Below are positions 51,251 through 64,000 of a DNA stretch of 64,000 nucleotides, piece after piece; positions within the stretch are counted from its first letter, which is position 1, and each line of letters starts with the position of its first letter. The notes below the pieces were generated by a model. The model did not search any database, was not told the DNA's origin, and saw only the letters and a program-made list of their open reading frames with translations. Source of the stretch: Balanoglossus misakiensis (Eukaryota > Animalia > Hemichordata). The stretch is from assembly GCA_040954595.2 (NCBI GenBank), contig CM082577.2, positions 13,337,903 to 13,401,902 on the forward strand, read 5' to 3'. Made by a program: the position numbers and the translations under genes.

Positions 51251-51860
51251 GAGCAAGTTTTTATACAAAAGTTAATATTTTATTAAAATGTTCACAAAAT
51301 AAACATTGCCAAATAATTGATTGCAGTAATAATTGTCTAAACTTTTCAACATAGAGATATCATCAAACTACACTCTGACGTTGACAGCGTCTGGAAAAAC
51401 TTGACCGCGTCGAATCTCAGAACTGGCAGCTTAGACAAATAATGCATAAAGTCAGAATGGACTTTCGCCTCCTTCGAACAACAACAGAGACTGACGTCAC
51501 AACATTGACAGAAAAAGTGAAGCAAATGGCCGACAAAACGGAAGGAATCGGAAAACGGGCAGGATCCTCGGCGCAGACGTCTGGTAATAATACCACCACA
51601 TCGATTAGAACGACAGTACAATTAGTGCAGGACAAACCGCCACCAGTGACTATGACAACTAGCCTGAAGGCGATGCTGGCGAACCCTTGCACAATACAAC
51701 TAGTCCTACAGAGAAACGCAGCCCAGCGCCACTCAAGCTTTTCCATTCCCGGTCTGGCAGCAGCAAAAAGATGTTTTTTCTCCCAGAAGCGATCTCAAGT
51801 CTTAGCTGCATGGGAATAAACTGCTGTAGGTCGCGACAAAAAAACATGCTGCGGTCAACA

Positions 51861-54800
51861 GAGACCGTTCAGTTTTTACGGCTGGGGGGGGGGCGGCAAG
51901 TTTGTGTCATCGGTTTTCAAAATCAGGCTGACCCCCCTTCACCCAGGACCAAAAAACAATGACCCCCACTTTGACAGGCCCAAAAATATGATGACCCCCC
52001 CCCACGCCGAAAACATTCGCCATCCTGATCCTATGTACATTGTATGCAATAAAGGGAATGAGGCTCCTAACACCTCAATTATAAATTTCTTAAAGTAATT
52101 GAAGTATATGATAGTATATCGTTGCAATAAGGAAATCTATGAATACATTAAAATGACAAGTCAATACAATAGTTGCTAGAATTGATAAAAAAAGAAAAGC
52201 GGCGGGGTGGCTGTGTACGGAGGCCCCCTCATGTCAGGCCTAAAATATATTTTGAAAGTTAAACTTTCAAAATTATAGACAATATCTTTTCCCAAAAGTA
52301 AACTAAAGTTTTCGTGAAGGCATCTATAATTTTGACGCACACAATTTCAATTTCAGTGGAGTAAACTCTTTAAATTTGACAGTAAAACTTTAATTTTACT
52401 TTACACAACTCTTATTTTAGAGAACAAAAGTTTAATTTCCGAAAGCCAATTTTATTTTTTCCCGAGACTAAAATTTTAAGATTTTTTCCAAAATAAACTT
52501 CTAACACTTGAGATAAAATTATCTATACTACATAGAATTATTTTATTTTCGGAAAGAAATATTTAATTTTGTAAAACTTTTTTTAAGTAACATTACTTTT
52601 CGCGGGTGAAAATTTTATTTTACAGATGTAAATATATTTTTATCTAATTTCTAGTTACACAACTTATGGGGGCGCTCTTTCTATTGCTACTGACAAACTT
52701 TTGTTATGAGGGCGCAAATCAGGTTTCGGCGTGCGAATTTATTTTACATGCATGACAAAATATATTTCAGAAAGCAAAATATTTTTTTCTTCGCGGCGGA
52801 AATGAAGCTATCCCACAATTCCCGTACATGAGGACGTTACAGGAGTACATAAATCCAACAAACAGATGAGATGGCTATCTATGCACAGTGCAATGTTTAC
52901 AGATTGTATATACTACGGCCCGGGCAAACAAATCCGGACAAACTCGCCGCCATCGTAGACCTTTAAATGACGCTGTCGATCAAACCGAATACAAGATCTA
53001 GGGGAGTCGGTCCGTGGGAGAAATCGGCCAGGTGCGAACTTGGCTCGTAGGATCGTTTAAATTAAAGTCATTTAAATTATATTTCGATTAACCGGCTGTC
53101 CCTTCCAATTTCGGGTGTTTCACGTCGAGGACGGACTGAAACAGCTCCACGCGACCACTTTGGAAAGCTCCCCGGTGACCTCATAAGCGGCAGTGCGTCC
53201 ATCTACATGATCGTTGAATTCGAGGCACGGTCCCGAGGGACCTGTCTGAGGTCATGTTTTCTGGAGCGGCTATATATAACTCAGCGTGGTCAGACGGCCG
53301 CCGTGGGTACGATAAACAGCGCGAAAGTCAATCATCATATGGAAATTGTTTGCCGTCGATGTTTTGTCTGCGCCCATGGTGTCCTGATTAAACGGCGGCG
53401 ACTGTACCACAGTCACTCCACAAACTGCCTAGGGACAGGGACAGAGCAGCACTGTGGTTTACTGTACACGTTAAATGTGAAGCATACACGAAACATAATT
53501 TAAAGGACTTTAATTTAAACGATCCTACGAGCCAAGTTCGCACCTGGCCGATTCCTCCCACGGACTCCCCTAGATCTTGTATTCGATTTGATCGACAGCG
53601 TCATTCAAAGGTCTACGATACGTCGGCGAAATTGTCCGGATTTGTCTGCCCGGGCCGTAGTATATACAATCTGTAAACATTGAACTGTGGATAGATAGCC
53701 ATCTCATCTGTTTGTTGGATTTATGTACTCCTGTAACGTTCTCATGTACGGGAATTGTGGGATAGCTTCATTTCCGCCGCGAAGAAAAAAATATTTTGCT
53801 TTCTGAAAATATATTTTGTCATGCATGTAAAAGAAATTCGCACGCCGAAACCTGAATTGCGCCCTCATAACAAAAGTTTGTCAGTAGCAATAGAAAGAGC
53901 GCCCCCATAAGTTGTGTTCGTAGAAATCAGATTAAATTTATCCCTGTAAAATAAAATTTTCACCCGGGAAAAATAATTTGTTACTTTAGTAAATGTTTTT
54001 TTTCTTAAGCAATAAAAACATTTTGTTTTAAAAGGTTAAATAATTCCATCGAGTACAGATAATTTTATCTCGAGTGTTTAAAGGTTATTTAAATGTAAAT
54101 TAAAATTTAACTCCGTAAAATATTTTCACCTGGGACAAATAATTTGTTATTTTACAAAATAAACTTTTTCTATAAAAATTAAAACATACATTTTTGGAAA
54201 AAAAAATCCACGTAGTATGAATAAGTTTATCTCAAGTTGTTACTGTTTATTTTGGACAAAATAAATCTCTATTAAAATATTATTCTTGGAAAAAATAAAA
54301 TTTGGTTCTCTAAAATAAAATTTGTGATAAGTAAAATTAAAGTTTTACTGTCAAAATCAAAAAGTTTTGTCCATCAAAATTAGTTGCCGCCACCAAAATT
54401 AAAGTTTACTTCTTGGGAAAAGATATTGTCTATCTAAAATTAAAGTTTAACTTTCAAAATAATAAATTAAAATTGACGTGTAGGGGCCACGATAGCTGTG
54501 GGAGGGGGTGTCCCATAAGAAAAATTTTGTAAAATACGGTGCTCAAAGTTGCATTATAATGAACTCAAAAGCAAGGACAAGTTAGGGAGGACAAATTTTA
54601 CTTTTGCCACTCCAAGTTAGCATGGGTGGGGGTGGGGTGGGCAAGTGCTATGGTACACTAGATGTGGCGAAGAATGAAGGGTGCATTTTAATGAACTCAA
54701 AAGCAAAAATGGAGGGGGTGAGTGTGGGAAGGGGTGAAAATTTTGTAAAAAAAAAGGGGGGGACGCAAAAGTGCAATTTTGTAGACTCAAAAGCAAAAGT

Positions 54801-54936
54801 TCGGTGGCAAAAGTATGTGACCCCCCTAAACGTTTAAAAAAAAAGATGACCCCCCCCCTTTGGACTTCAAAATTTAAGTGACCCCCCCCCCCCCCTGAAT
54901 TTTGCCGCCCCCAGCTGTAAAAAGTGAACGGTCCCC
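51861..54936. mobile_element. Harbinger-like MITE (same family as 6248-7187) carrying a nested 2.3-kb insertion
   Basis: GAGACCGTTCAGTTTTTACGGCTGGGGG ... CCCCCAGCTGTAAAAAGTGAACGGTCCCC. Absent at the equivalent site in copy B (~31215). Confidence 0.8.
52216..54494. mobile_element. 2.28-kb foldback element with ~0.9-1 kb arms and a 400-bp GC-richer spacer
   Basis: Termini TACGGAGGCCCC and GGGGCCACGATA. GCTGTG on both flanks (52210-52215, 54495-54500). Arms 52216-53086 and 53489-54494. Confidence 0.85.
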
Positions 54937-57504
54937 GAGTTTCAAACCCGGTTTTATGTTCGCTACAGCTCGGAAACCAAAATGTGGTACAACTTCAAGC
55001 TACATAAACTGGAAAGCATAGTACGTGCAGAGCAGACCATGGTGACGAAAGCAGTTATTCCAGGCCGTAAGATAAATCACAGCGCTAGAAAAAACAGTCA
55101 TCAAAAGTTGCACGTGTTGCCCGCCCACAAATAATGTAATTATCGGCGCACAGAAAGTCCAGTCGATAAACATTTACGCTATAGAAACTAACTCTCTAAG
55201 CAAGAACGAAAGTCTGACACCCTCGTCAATGTCAAAACGCAAACCGAGCTGGGGATGATCCCGTCACATGACTCGTCCTCAATTCAAACATGGGGCGAAC
55301 CCCCACTCTGTGTTGTATTATTTTCCACATACGATGGTTCTAAATAAAAATGTATACTTATTTGAAATGCTTACCGCAGTAAGATCATTGAAAGTTTTCA
55401 AACGTTGGTGACAAATGTATAACTGATTTTTTACAAATAAATAATCGCGCACTTGCATGTTATTTTCTCTATACCAGACACCGCGCGCGCGCCGTTGGCA
55501 AAAAAAACACGGAAAGTATCGGGCATGCGCAGTCGATACTTCACGTTGTAAACAAGATGGCGTCGCTGTCTATGCTTGTGGACCGCTGTCGCCCGACTAT
55601 GTCGGCAAAGAAGAGACGAATTTAACCATGCAACGCCATATCGGAAGATGGAGTGATCGCGAGATGAAACCGGGATATCCAACGATTTGGCAGCCATGTT
55701 GATTGATTGGTAAGTCGCCGAAGTAACTATTTGCCATTGATTTGTTTACCAGAAACGGTTTGCCTTTGGAACACATTTGACCTCACCGAAATTGATTTCA
55801 CAGGTTTTTCCCAAGAACTAATGACGTTCGTTTTCACCTTTCTGTCCCGAAGTTGCAAACGTGTTGTCTCTGAGAAAATGAATGTGATTTGTACCCGCGA
55901 TAATCATAGTTCGGATTTCAACCCACAACATCAACGCCAGCCATTCACCAACATGTGCTAGATAATGTTTATCAGTCATTTCTTCTCAGTGCGAATTTAC
56001 AAAAGACTAACTACTAGTATATTGTATGCACATGGCAATTTTAATATGTAACACGTTTGACCTGAGTGTGAGGATGGATTGAAGGGACACAAGCTTTTGT
56101 ACTAGTAGCCACCAATATTTTGACACTCTTTATATCAATGTTGAGCTGGCATATTTGCTCCAATATGATGTAGTGTACCTGTTGCATTGAAATGAAGCTG
56201 TAATAATATTACAGTGCAATCTAATCCTTTGGGTTAATAGGAAAACGAGGTCAATAAATGACAGGTTTATTTAAATACAGGATATATTTCTCACAAGCAC
56301 TTATGCATATGTATGAGATACTTATTTATTTTTAATTTATTTATTTATTTCTAATTTATTTTGTACGTTCAGGTAATCATATGGATTTGTATGGAATCAC
56401 ATACACATTAATTGAAGACTATCATATCACAGAAGTCGAGCCTCCACATGTGTAAGGTAACCATTTAGGTTTCATGACTAAGTTTGTTTAAGAATTCATA
56501 AAGCATGAATTCTACCAAATGAATGAATTTCCTTAGAATTTCACAACGGTTACAGAATTTGCAGTTGTGCGAAAAAGTGTGTATTATTCACATACGAAAC
56601 TTTTCGTGTGCATTTTTCTGATGGCAATGCATTTGACTGTAAACAAATATGGATGTCAGTTAGTAGTGCTATTTTGTCAGTGAAATGGCTTCATCATCAT
56701 CCCTCCAACCAAAGTTGAAACTGAGTTGCAAATATTGCACAGCTTGAAATCATAAATGTTGCAAAATTGAACCAACCGTTCGGTCAACGATTATGTTCTT
56801 ACAGCTATTATTAGAACCAGACAGTCTCAGGGAACAAGAGACATGGGCCTGATTTGCAAGTCGAGTTAGAACTGCCTTTGCCTGCCCACGGACGCCCCAG
56901 TTTCAGCAAAAATTATTGCATTAAAATATGAGTATGGAGAACTATTCTCTGTGTTCCTATTGTTAGCCTGCATAGCTGTTGTCATTCTAGTTTTTCCTCT
57001 GTCCTGTGAGCAGAGTTTCAGTTGCGAAAACCGACAGTTCTCAAAGAACAAAAGTACACCTAAATTGCCTCGGTGATGAGCATGCAGAATTTATCTGATG
57101 CTTCTTACTGGCAGAAGGACCCCACCAGTTGCAGATTGTCAATTCCATGGCACTAGGGAAATTTACACTTTGCGTTCAAATATAAATAATTAAATCCTGT
57201 AAAAATTCTTCTATATGTTATTTATTGATGATTCAAAAGTGTTATGACTGATTGTGTTAGAGTACCTTTATTCCATATAAGCATGCTGTCAGTGCACATC
57301 CGATTGATAACAATTTCACATTTGTAAAAATGTGCTTCTCTGAATAATTATGAATATATAAAACTTCATATGATATAAATTGTCCTGATATCGTAAACAT
57401 TAAGGCCTAATGCTAGTGTCACAACATTGATTACCAGACCGTTTCCCTCTGTATGTATGTATGTATGTATGTATGTATGTATGTATGTATGTATGTATGT
57501 ATGT

Positions 57505-57548
<44 letters not shown>

Positions 57549-60500
57549 GCATGTATTTATGGATGTATGTCTGCCCTGATCAAAAACATGAAAACCACTT
57601 CACGTATCACCTTGATATTTGGTGTGTAGATGGGATTTTGCTCAAATGAAGTTGTCATTGCCAAAATATGCAAATAATCTGTGAAATATGTGGAATTGAT
57701 CAAAACTCAACAACTGGTCAGACTGCTTTGAACATTTGTATGCATGTAGGTAATGTCATCATACCTGATATACTTTGAGTTTATATAATGAATTGTCTAT
57801 TTTTATGCAATTCTTTTGTCTTGTTTTACCATTTGAAAAAAAATCTTTTCCTCTTAAAGAGATTGGCTGATTTCTTTAGAATTTAGTATGACACTTCCGG
57901 TAGGTGATCTTAGTTGGTTTTGTTTAAATTGTCGCAGAATTTGTAATCGGTCATTTTTGGTCAAAATTCATTTTCTCAAAAACTCCTCAGATTGCTTTTA
58001 AATTTTGGTATGCTTGTTCCAAGAGGTAACCCAAGTAATGTTGTATATCATTTTGGTGAAATTTGCATATTTGTGGTCTTGGGGCAATTTTTGCTATTTG
58101 TATTCTTTGAAACTACTAGTCAGATTGCTTTCAACTTTGGTAGGCGTGGTGATTGAAGTAGATATTATACAATTTGTTGATAGTTGGATAGATGTGGTTT
58201 GAGGCAGTTTTTGTCATTGTTGAATGTTGTTTTCCCTAAAATACTTGTCTGGTTCCTTTGAAATGTTCTTACAGTAGGTCATATCTGCTTGCCAATGTCA
58301 CATGATTTTTCCCATGAACACAGTCATACCTAATTTTGTGTAATCCCCAGATGGGACCACAGTGTGTAATAACCTGACCAACAGTGACTAGTATATCCTG
58401 TGTGTTATACAGTACTTCTCACAAGGTTGAAGTACATGTATGTTGATGATTTTTTGCGATTCTTCAGAAACTTACAATACAGAGTCTAATGTGGTAAAGT
58501 CCATGGTCACATTCAGAACTACCTAGTCTATGCCCGGCAGTGTTCTGTCCGCTTTGCTTCCAAAACTAATGTCTGGCCTCACTCATGCCACTTGCCCAAT
58601 AAACTAATACCCCTTGCTGGGAATTATGATGTAACTAGCGTCCCTTTGAAGCCTATCACATATACTGAACAGTGTTGATTTGGTGTAAGGTTATAGTGAA
58701 GGCAGGGCTTATTTCATTGAAAATGCTACCCAACCTTAATTACACGTATGTATATCCTTTGTCTAATCATTGGAAAAACAATGTACATGTACCATAGACT
58801 AAGTAGCTATTTGAAGGTGAATCGCAAGTGGGCACTTTCTTTACTTAACCTCAAGCAGTCGGTTAGCTACCGTATACTAAGACAAACATTCCTGGTGTAA
58901 TTAACATCACTGTCGTTAGTAATATCTATCTCCAATCAGTATCAGTTCTGCCTTTATGTTATTTAAGTCAATTATCAAGGTTCATGTACATATATTACAG
59001 CTTAACTGTCTTGTCAAAAACTTACGCATGTACATGTACCTAATTCTAGGCTTATCTGTAGGGTTAGAGATACAGTGTTTTATATTAATATGCATTAATA
59101 TGAAACTAAAATTTGATGGTTAATTTAAGACCCCCTGAGCAATGGTAACCTCGTTAAATATGTGCATATCTAATTCTAGGCTATTCAGCTGAAGTAGAAA
59201 CCTGGACATGGACAACTTCGGGGTCAAAATCTTTTGACAAACTTTTGTGTGATCTTGGGTAAACTTTGACCTACATTCCTATATTTTAGCATCCGGAGCA
59301 GATACAACCTTGACACTTGGAGGGATGGAACTATTTGATTGAGTATTATGTCTTGCCTCATTAATTATGTACTTACCTAATACCAGCCTAACCAATAGGG
59401 CTGGAAGTCTGGCTTTTTTGGACATGATAAATTTGAGATCAACATTTTTCTACAGCAGCCAGCCTTCTCTTAAAAAGAATGGACAATATAAAGGCTTTGA
59501 TGGTATACTGAACTTTTGACTTCCCTCCCTGAGACTGTGTGCCAATGACGGGATAGCCTACTCAGCGTTGGGTAGATCCTAAGAAGGCCTCAGCCAGGCA
59601 TCAAATACAAAAAGCGGAAATCCAAGCTTTAATGGTGGGTTACATCGTTAACTTCCCTGCAGAGCTGATTTCTCAGACTGTGAGCCAATGACGGGTAAAG
59701 CCCCTAGGTGGGGGCCACCTAAGACAGGCCGGTCATGCTTTAATCACAAAGAAGGGCAAGTTCAGTCATACCACAACTTCGTCTGCTGTATATGCTTCAT
59801 AATGATTGCATGGTATTTTCAGAATACACTGTGTTAAGGCAGTGTGACCAGCTAAAAAGTACTGGCAAACACAGCCAATGTGTAATGAAAAACATCTAAT
59901 GTGGCTAAATAAAAGACATAAAACACAGCAAAAGCACTGTGACTAGCTGAGACATAATACTCCATTATGCAGTTCCATCACTCCAAGTGTCAAGGTTGCA
60001 TCTGCTCTGGATGCCAAGATATAGTAATGTTGGTCAAGGTTTACCCAAGATCACCCAACATTTTGTCCAAAGATTTTGACCCCAAAGTTGTCCATGTCAA
60101 GGTTTCTACCACAACTGGATAGCCTAGAATTAGATATGTACATATTTAATGAGGTTACCATGGATCAAGGCAGTCCTAAGTAAACCATCAAATTTTTAGT
60201 TTCATGTTAATTCATGTTAATATAAAACGCTGTATCTCTAACCCACTGGTATGCCATTCTGTGTTTCATGCTACCCAATATGGGTAAGTAGGTAAAAAGT
60301 CACCCAAGACCATTTGAAATTTTGCTGAAAAAATCTCGTCTCTTACATATGTACATTTGGTAAAAGGGAAATTTTAATCACAGAGTAGAACATATTCATA
60401 AAAAATATTTGAGGGAAAGAAGGAAGTTTTTCATAGCTTTGGTGCTTCAAATAGTAGAGAGGTTCCCTTGTTATTTCAATGAAACCTTAATGCCAACATT

Positions 60501-62769
60501 ATATCCTTAGACTCAAACTCAGAGTTGCCAATCTTTCATTATTTTCATGATATTACTTTCCATCTTAGATTTGTTCATCTAAACAAACTGACTGATAGGT
60601 ATACATGAACATTTTATTGACTAATGAATGTGCCTGTATGTTGCAATTTAATAGAAGTCAGATATTAAACGAGCACCACACCTGTTTTAATCAGCCTCCA
60701 TATGGAGGGTACACATCGCAGAGAGATTACAAACCCCATGCAAATTCAAGTAATATGGCTCAATGGTGCTGATTTTAAAGGATAGGTGGATGATGTGAAA
60801 AATGTTATTGTGGAAAAAGATGTGAAAAATTTGGCAGCTTGTGAGGCTTTAATTGTAAAATCTTTGAAATGTGTTTTACTCTTTAGGTCCAATTTTGTAT
60901 ATGTCAATATACCATTGGGACCAATGTGAAATTGTTCTAAACTCAGAAACTCAAGAAGGTACTGGTCAGATTGCTTTAGAAATTGGTGTGTATTTATGTT
61001 ATTGAGACATTATACAGATTTTGTTTTTCATTTTTGAAGTATATTTTTGGGGTGATTTTGGTCGTCATATACTCAGAAACCTCTACCCACATTTTTTTTA
61101 AAATTTGGTTTGCATGTTCTTAGGTGTGATTTTATGACAAACCCAGTGATGGAAGTGACAATATTGTTTTTTGTTGTTGGCAATTTTTGCCATTTTTGTC
61201 TGATTGCTTTGCAATTTAGTTTGCAGTTTCTAGGGAATTCTTACTGTGGTGCACAAAATTCACAAAGGTGATTTACTATCCTCATGCACTTTGTTGAACT
61301 GGCACACTGTTGCAAAACAGACATTACAACACTCTTTGAATTGAATTCATAGCTACCAATTTTTCGGGGGTGTAGCACCTTTTTATGTCTAAAACTTTGA
61401 GAACTTCAAATTAAATGCAACCCTCCAAATATTTGCAATATTTCAGGTAAAATGATATAATTTTGAAGCATAAATTTTGAAGTATTCATAATCATTAAGA
61501 GAAACACATTTTGAAAATAGAATATTGATCACACTATCAGTCATAATACTTTTGAATCTTCTCTAAAGAATATATAGAAGAATTTAACAGGATTTAATTA
61601 TTTATATTTGAACGCAAAGTGTAAATTCCCTTGTGCCATGGAATTGACAATCTGCAACTGGTGGGGTCCTTCTGCCAGTAAGAAGCATCAGATAAATTCT
61701 GCATGCTCATCACCAAGGCAATTTAGGTGTACATTTGTACTTTGAGAACTGTCGGTTTACGCAACTGAAACTCTGCTCACAGGACAGAGGAAAAACTAGA
61801 ATGACAACAGCTATGCAGGCTAACAAAAGGAACACATAGAATAGTTCTCCATACTCATATTTTAATGCAATAATTTTTGCTGAAACTGGGGCATCCATGG
61901 GCAGACAAAGGCAGTTCTAACTCGACTTGCAAATCAGGCCCATGTCTCTTGTTCGCTGAGACTGTCTGGTTCTAATAATAGCTGTAAGAACTTGATCATT
62001 GACCAAACTGTTGGTTCAATTTTTGCAACATTTTATTATTTCAAGCTGTGCAATATTTGCAACTCTGTTTCAACTTTGGTTGGAGGGATTATGATGTAGT
62101 CATTTCACTGACAAAATAGCGCTACTAACTGATGTCAATGTTTGTTTACAGTCAAATGCATTGCCATAATAAAAATACATGTGAGAAATTTCTTATGTGT
62201 ATGATACGCACGTTTGTGCATGACTGCAAACTCTGTTACAGATGTGAAATTCTAAGGGTTGAATTCATTGGGTAGAATTCATGTTTTATGGATTCTTAAA
62301 CAAACTTAGTCACGAAAGCTAAATGGTTACCTCAGAGAAACTGTTAAATTTGGTCATCAATTGCTTTAAATCACACAAGACATTCCTAGAGCTCAGTTAC
62401 TGCAGCAGTCAGTTTCAACTCGGCTTGCAAATTGGGATCATGTCTTGTGTTCATCGAGACTGTCTGTAGTCGAGTTGACAGTCCTATGTTCTCAATGGTG
62501 AACCTACAAATGTTCTTTCCTATGAAGTTGTTATAAATCTAATGTTTCAGGATTTGCATTCATATTGACACCTTAAACAATACATCTGTATTGCAAATAT
62601 GGCAGGGTTGGGTACCTCTTCTTAATTGCATGACTGTCGAACACCTTCTCTGTACTGTTTGTGCCAAAATGTTGAATAACCATTTGTTTTCAAGATTGCC
62701 GTAAAATGGGCACCCAAAACAAGACAACTGCATTGCAGATATGGCATTTTTGTTCAACTCTCTCAATTT

Positions 62770-64000
62770 GCCTAATCCAAAATGACCGGCAAACTCCTCT
62801 AACATGTAAATTTCCCATGGTTGTCTTAAATGGTGTGTAATATCGCATTTGCAGGGTTTTCATCAATATGGGTACCTAAAACAATTTCAACGTGGTTGAC
62901 ATGGCAATATTAGACAGCTGTTCTAATTTGCATAATCCAAAATGGCCGCCAAACTCCTCTTACATGTAAATTTCCCATGGTTGTCTTAAATGGTGTGTAA
63001 TATCGCATTTGCAGGGTTTTCATCAATATGGGTACCTAAAACAATTTCAACGTGGTTGACATGGCAATATTAGACAGCTGTTCTAATTTGCATAATCCAA
63101 AATGGCCGCCAAACACCTCTTACATGTAAATTTCCCATGGTTGTCTTAAATGGTGTGTAATATCGCATTTGCAGGGTTTTCATCAATATGGGTACCTAAA
63201 ACAATTTCAACGTGCTTGACATGGAAATATTAGACAGCTGTTCTAATTTGCATAATCCAAAATGGCCGCCAAACACCTCTAACATGTAAATTTCCCATGG
63301 TTGTCTTAAATAGTTAAGCAATAAAACACCCCCAGCCATGGTATATCACGAGATTTTGACCAGTTCACGACATATACGCACGAGCGATAGCGAGTGCGTA
63401 TATGGAGTTGAACTGGTCAAAATCGAGTGGTATACCATGGCTGGGGGTGTTTTATTGCTATTATATTATGCCAGTATATTGAAACTTTGCATAAAACATT
63501 TTAAAAAGGCATTTTCTTTAACTATGATATATGACTGTGGTATATGGCTAATATATCACGGTCACGTGTCGTGTCTCGACCAATCAAATAGCGTGATTTA
63601 CACCATCAATATACTGGTATAATATAATGTGTAATATCGCATTTGCAGGGTTTTCATTAATATGGGTACCTAAAACAATTTCAATGTGGTTGACATGGCA
63701 ATATTAGACAGCTGTTCTAATTTGCATAATCCAAAATGGCCGCCAAACTCCTCTAACATGTAAATTTCCCATGTTTGTCTTAAATGGTGTGTAATATCGC
63801 ATTTGCAGGGTTTTCATTAATATGGGTACCTAAAACAATTTCAATGTGGTTGACATGGCAATATTAGACAGCTGTTCTAATTTGCGTAATCCAAAATGGC
63901 CGCCAAACACCTCTAACATGTAAATTTCTCATGGTTGTCTTAAATGGTGTGTAATATCGCATTTGCAGGGTTTTCATTAATATGGGTACCTAAAACAATT
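62770..64000. repeat. 160-bp tandem array in copy C, interrupted by a Crypton-like element
   Basis: GGTACCTAAAACAATT recurs at 62871, 63031 and 63191, then at 63665, 63825 and 63985. Units carry CCAAAATGGCCGCC. Confidence 0.95.
63312..63628. mobile_element. Crypton-like non-autonomous element, copy 3 (317 bp)
   Basis: Very similar to 28177-28493. Inserted within TTAAATGGTGTGTAAT of one 160-bp unit with no clear TSD. Confidence 0.8.

Larger units (their letters stand above)
51455..64000 (+). mobile_element. Large ORF-less composite repeat, copy C (runs off the window end)
   Basis: Colinear with and close to copy B: head 51455-51860 plus 54949-55960; outer IR ~56455-57260 and ~61530-62335; inner IR ~59048-59352 and ~59948-60254; core between them; 160-bp array from ~62770. 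Confidence 0.85.

Noticed and set aside
52216-54494. Polinton/Maverick assignment from the 6-bp TSD and long IRs
   Set aside because: Termini are TAC...ATA rather than AGT...ACT, and no Polinton genes are present.

Overview
AT-rich, intron-containing animal genomic DNA. The gene and repeat content suggests a marine invertebrate deuterostome such as a hemichordate, echinoderm or cephalochordate (inference). Host genes are an intact 8-coding-exon PCSK9-like (proteinase K subfamily) subtilase with no C-terminal Cys/His-rich domain (20770-23128), a 5' xanthine dehydrogenase/aldehyde oxidase pseudogene fragment with two consecutive U12-type donors (24716-27800), two head-to-head secreted short-chain-collagen-C4-like paralogs (40632-42973 minus; 44691-47737 plus), and possibly a decayed Ly6-like gene. 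Most of the rest is transposon-derived: an AcademX-like transposase, Gypsy integrase and BEL/Pao gag remnants, a Crypton recombinase remnant with hairpin elements, Kolobok-like and Harbinger-like MITEs, and two foldback palindromes. The most unusual feature is an ORF-less ~9-12 kb composite element in three copies (A ~5061-14739 minus, B ~30500-39800 plus, C ~51455 to window end plus). It has two nested pairs of inverted repeats that are homogenised within each copy, around a core that is almost invariant between copies and holds two covarying hairpin modules. All identity figures are by-eye estimates; no database searches were run.
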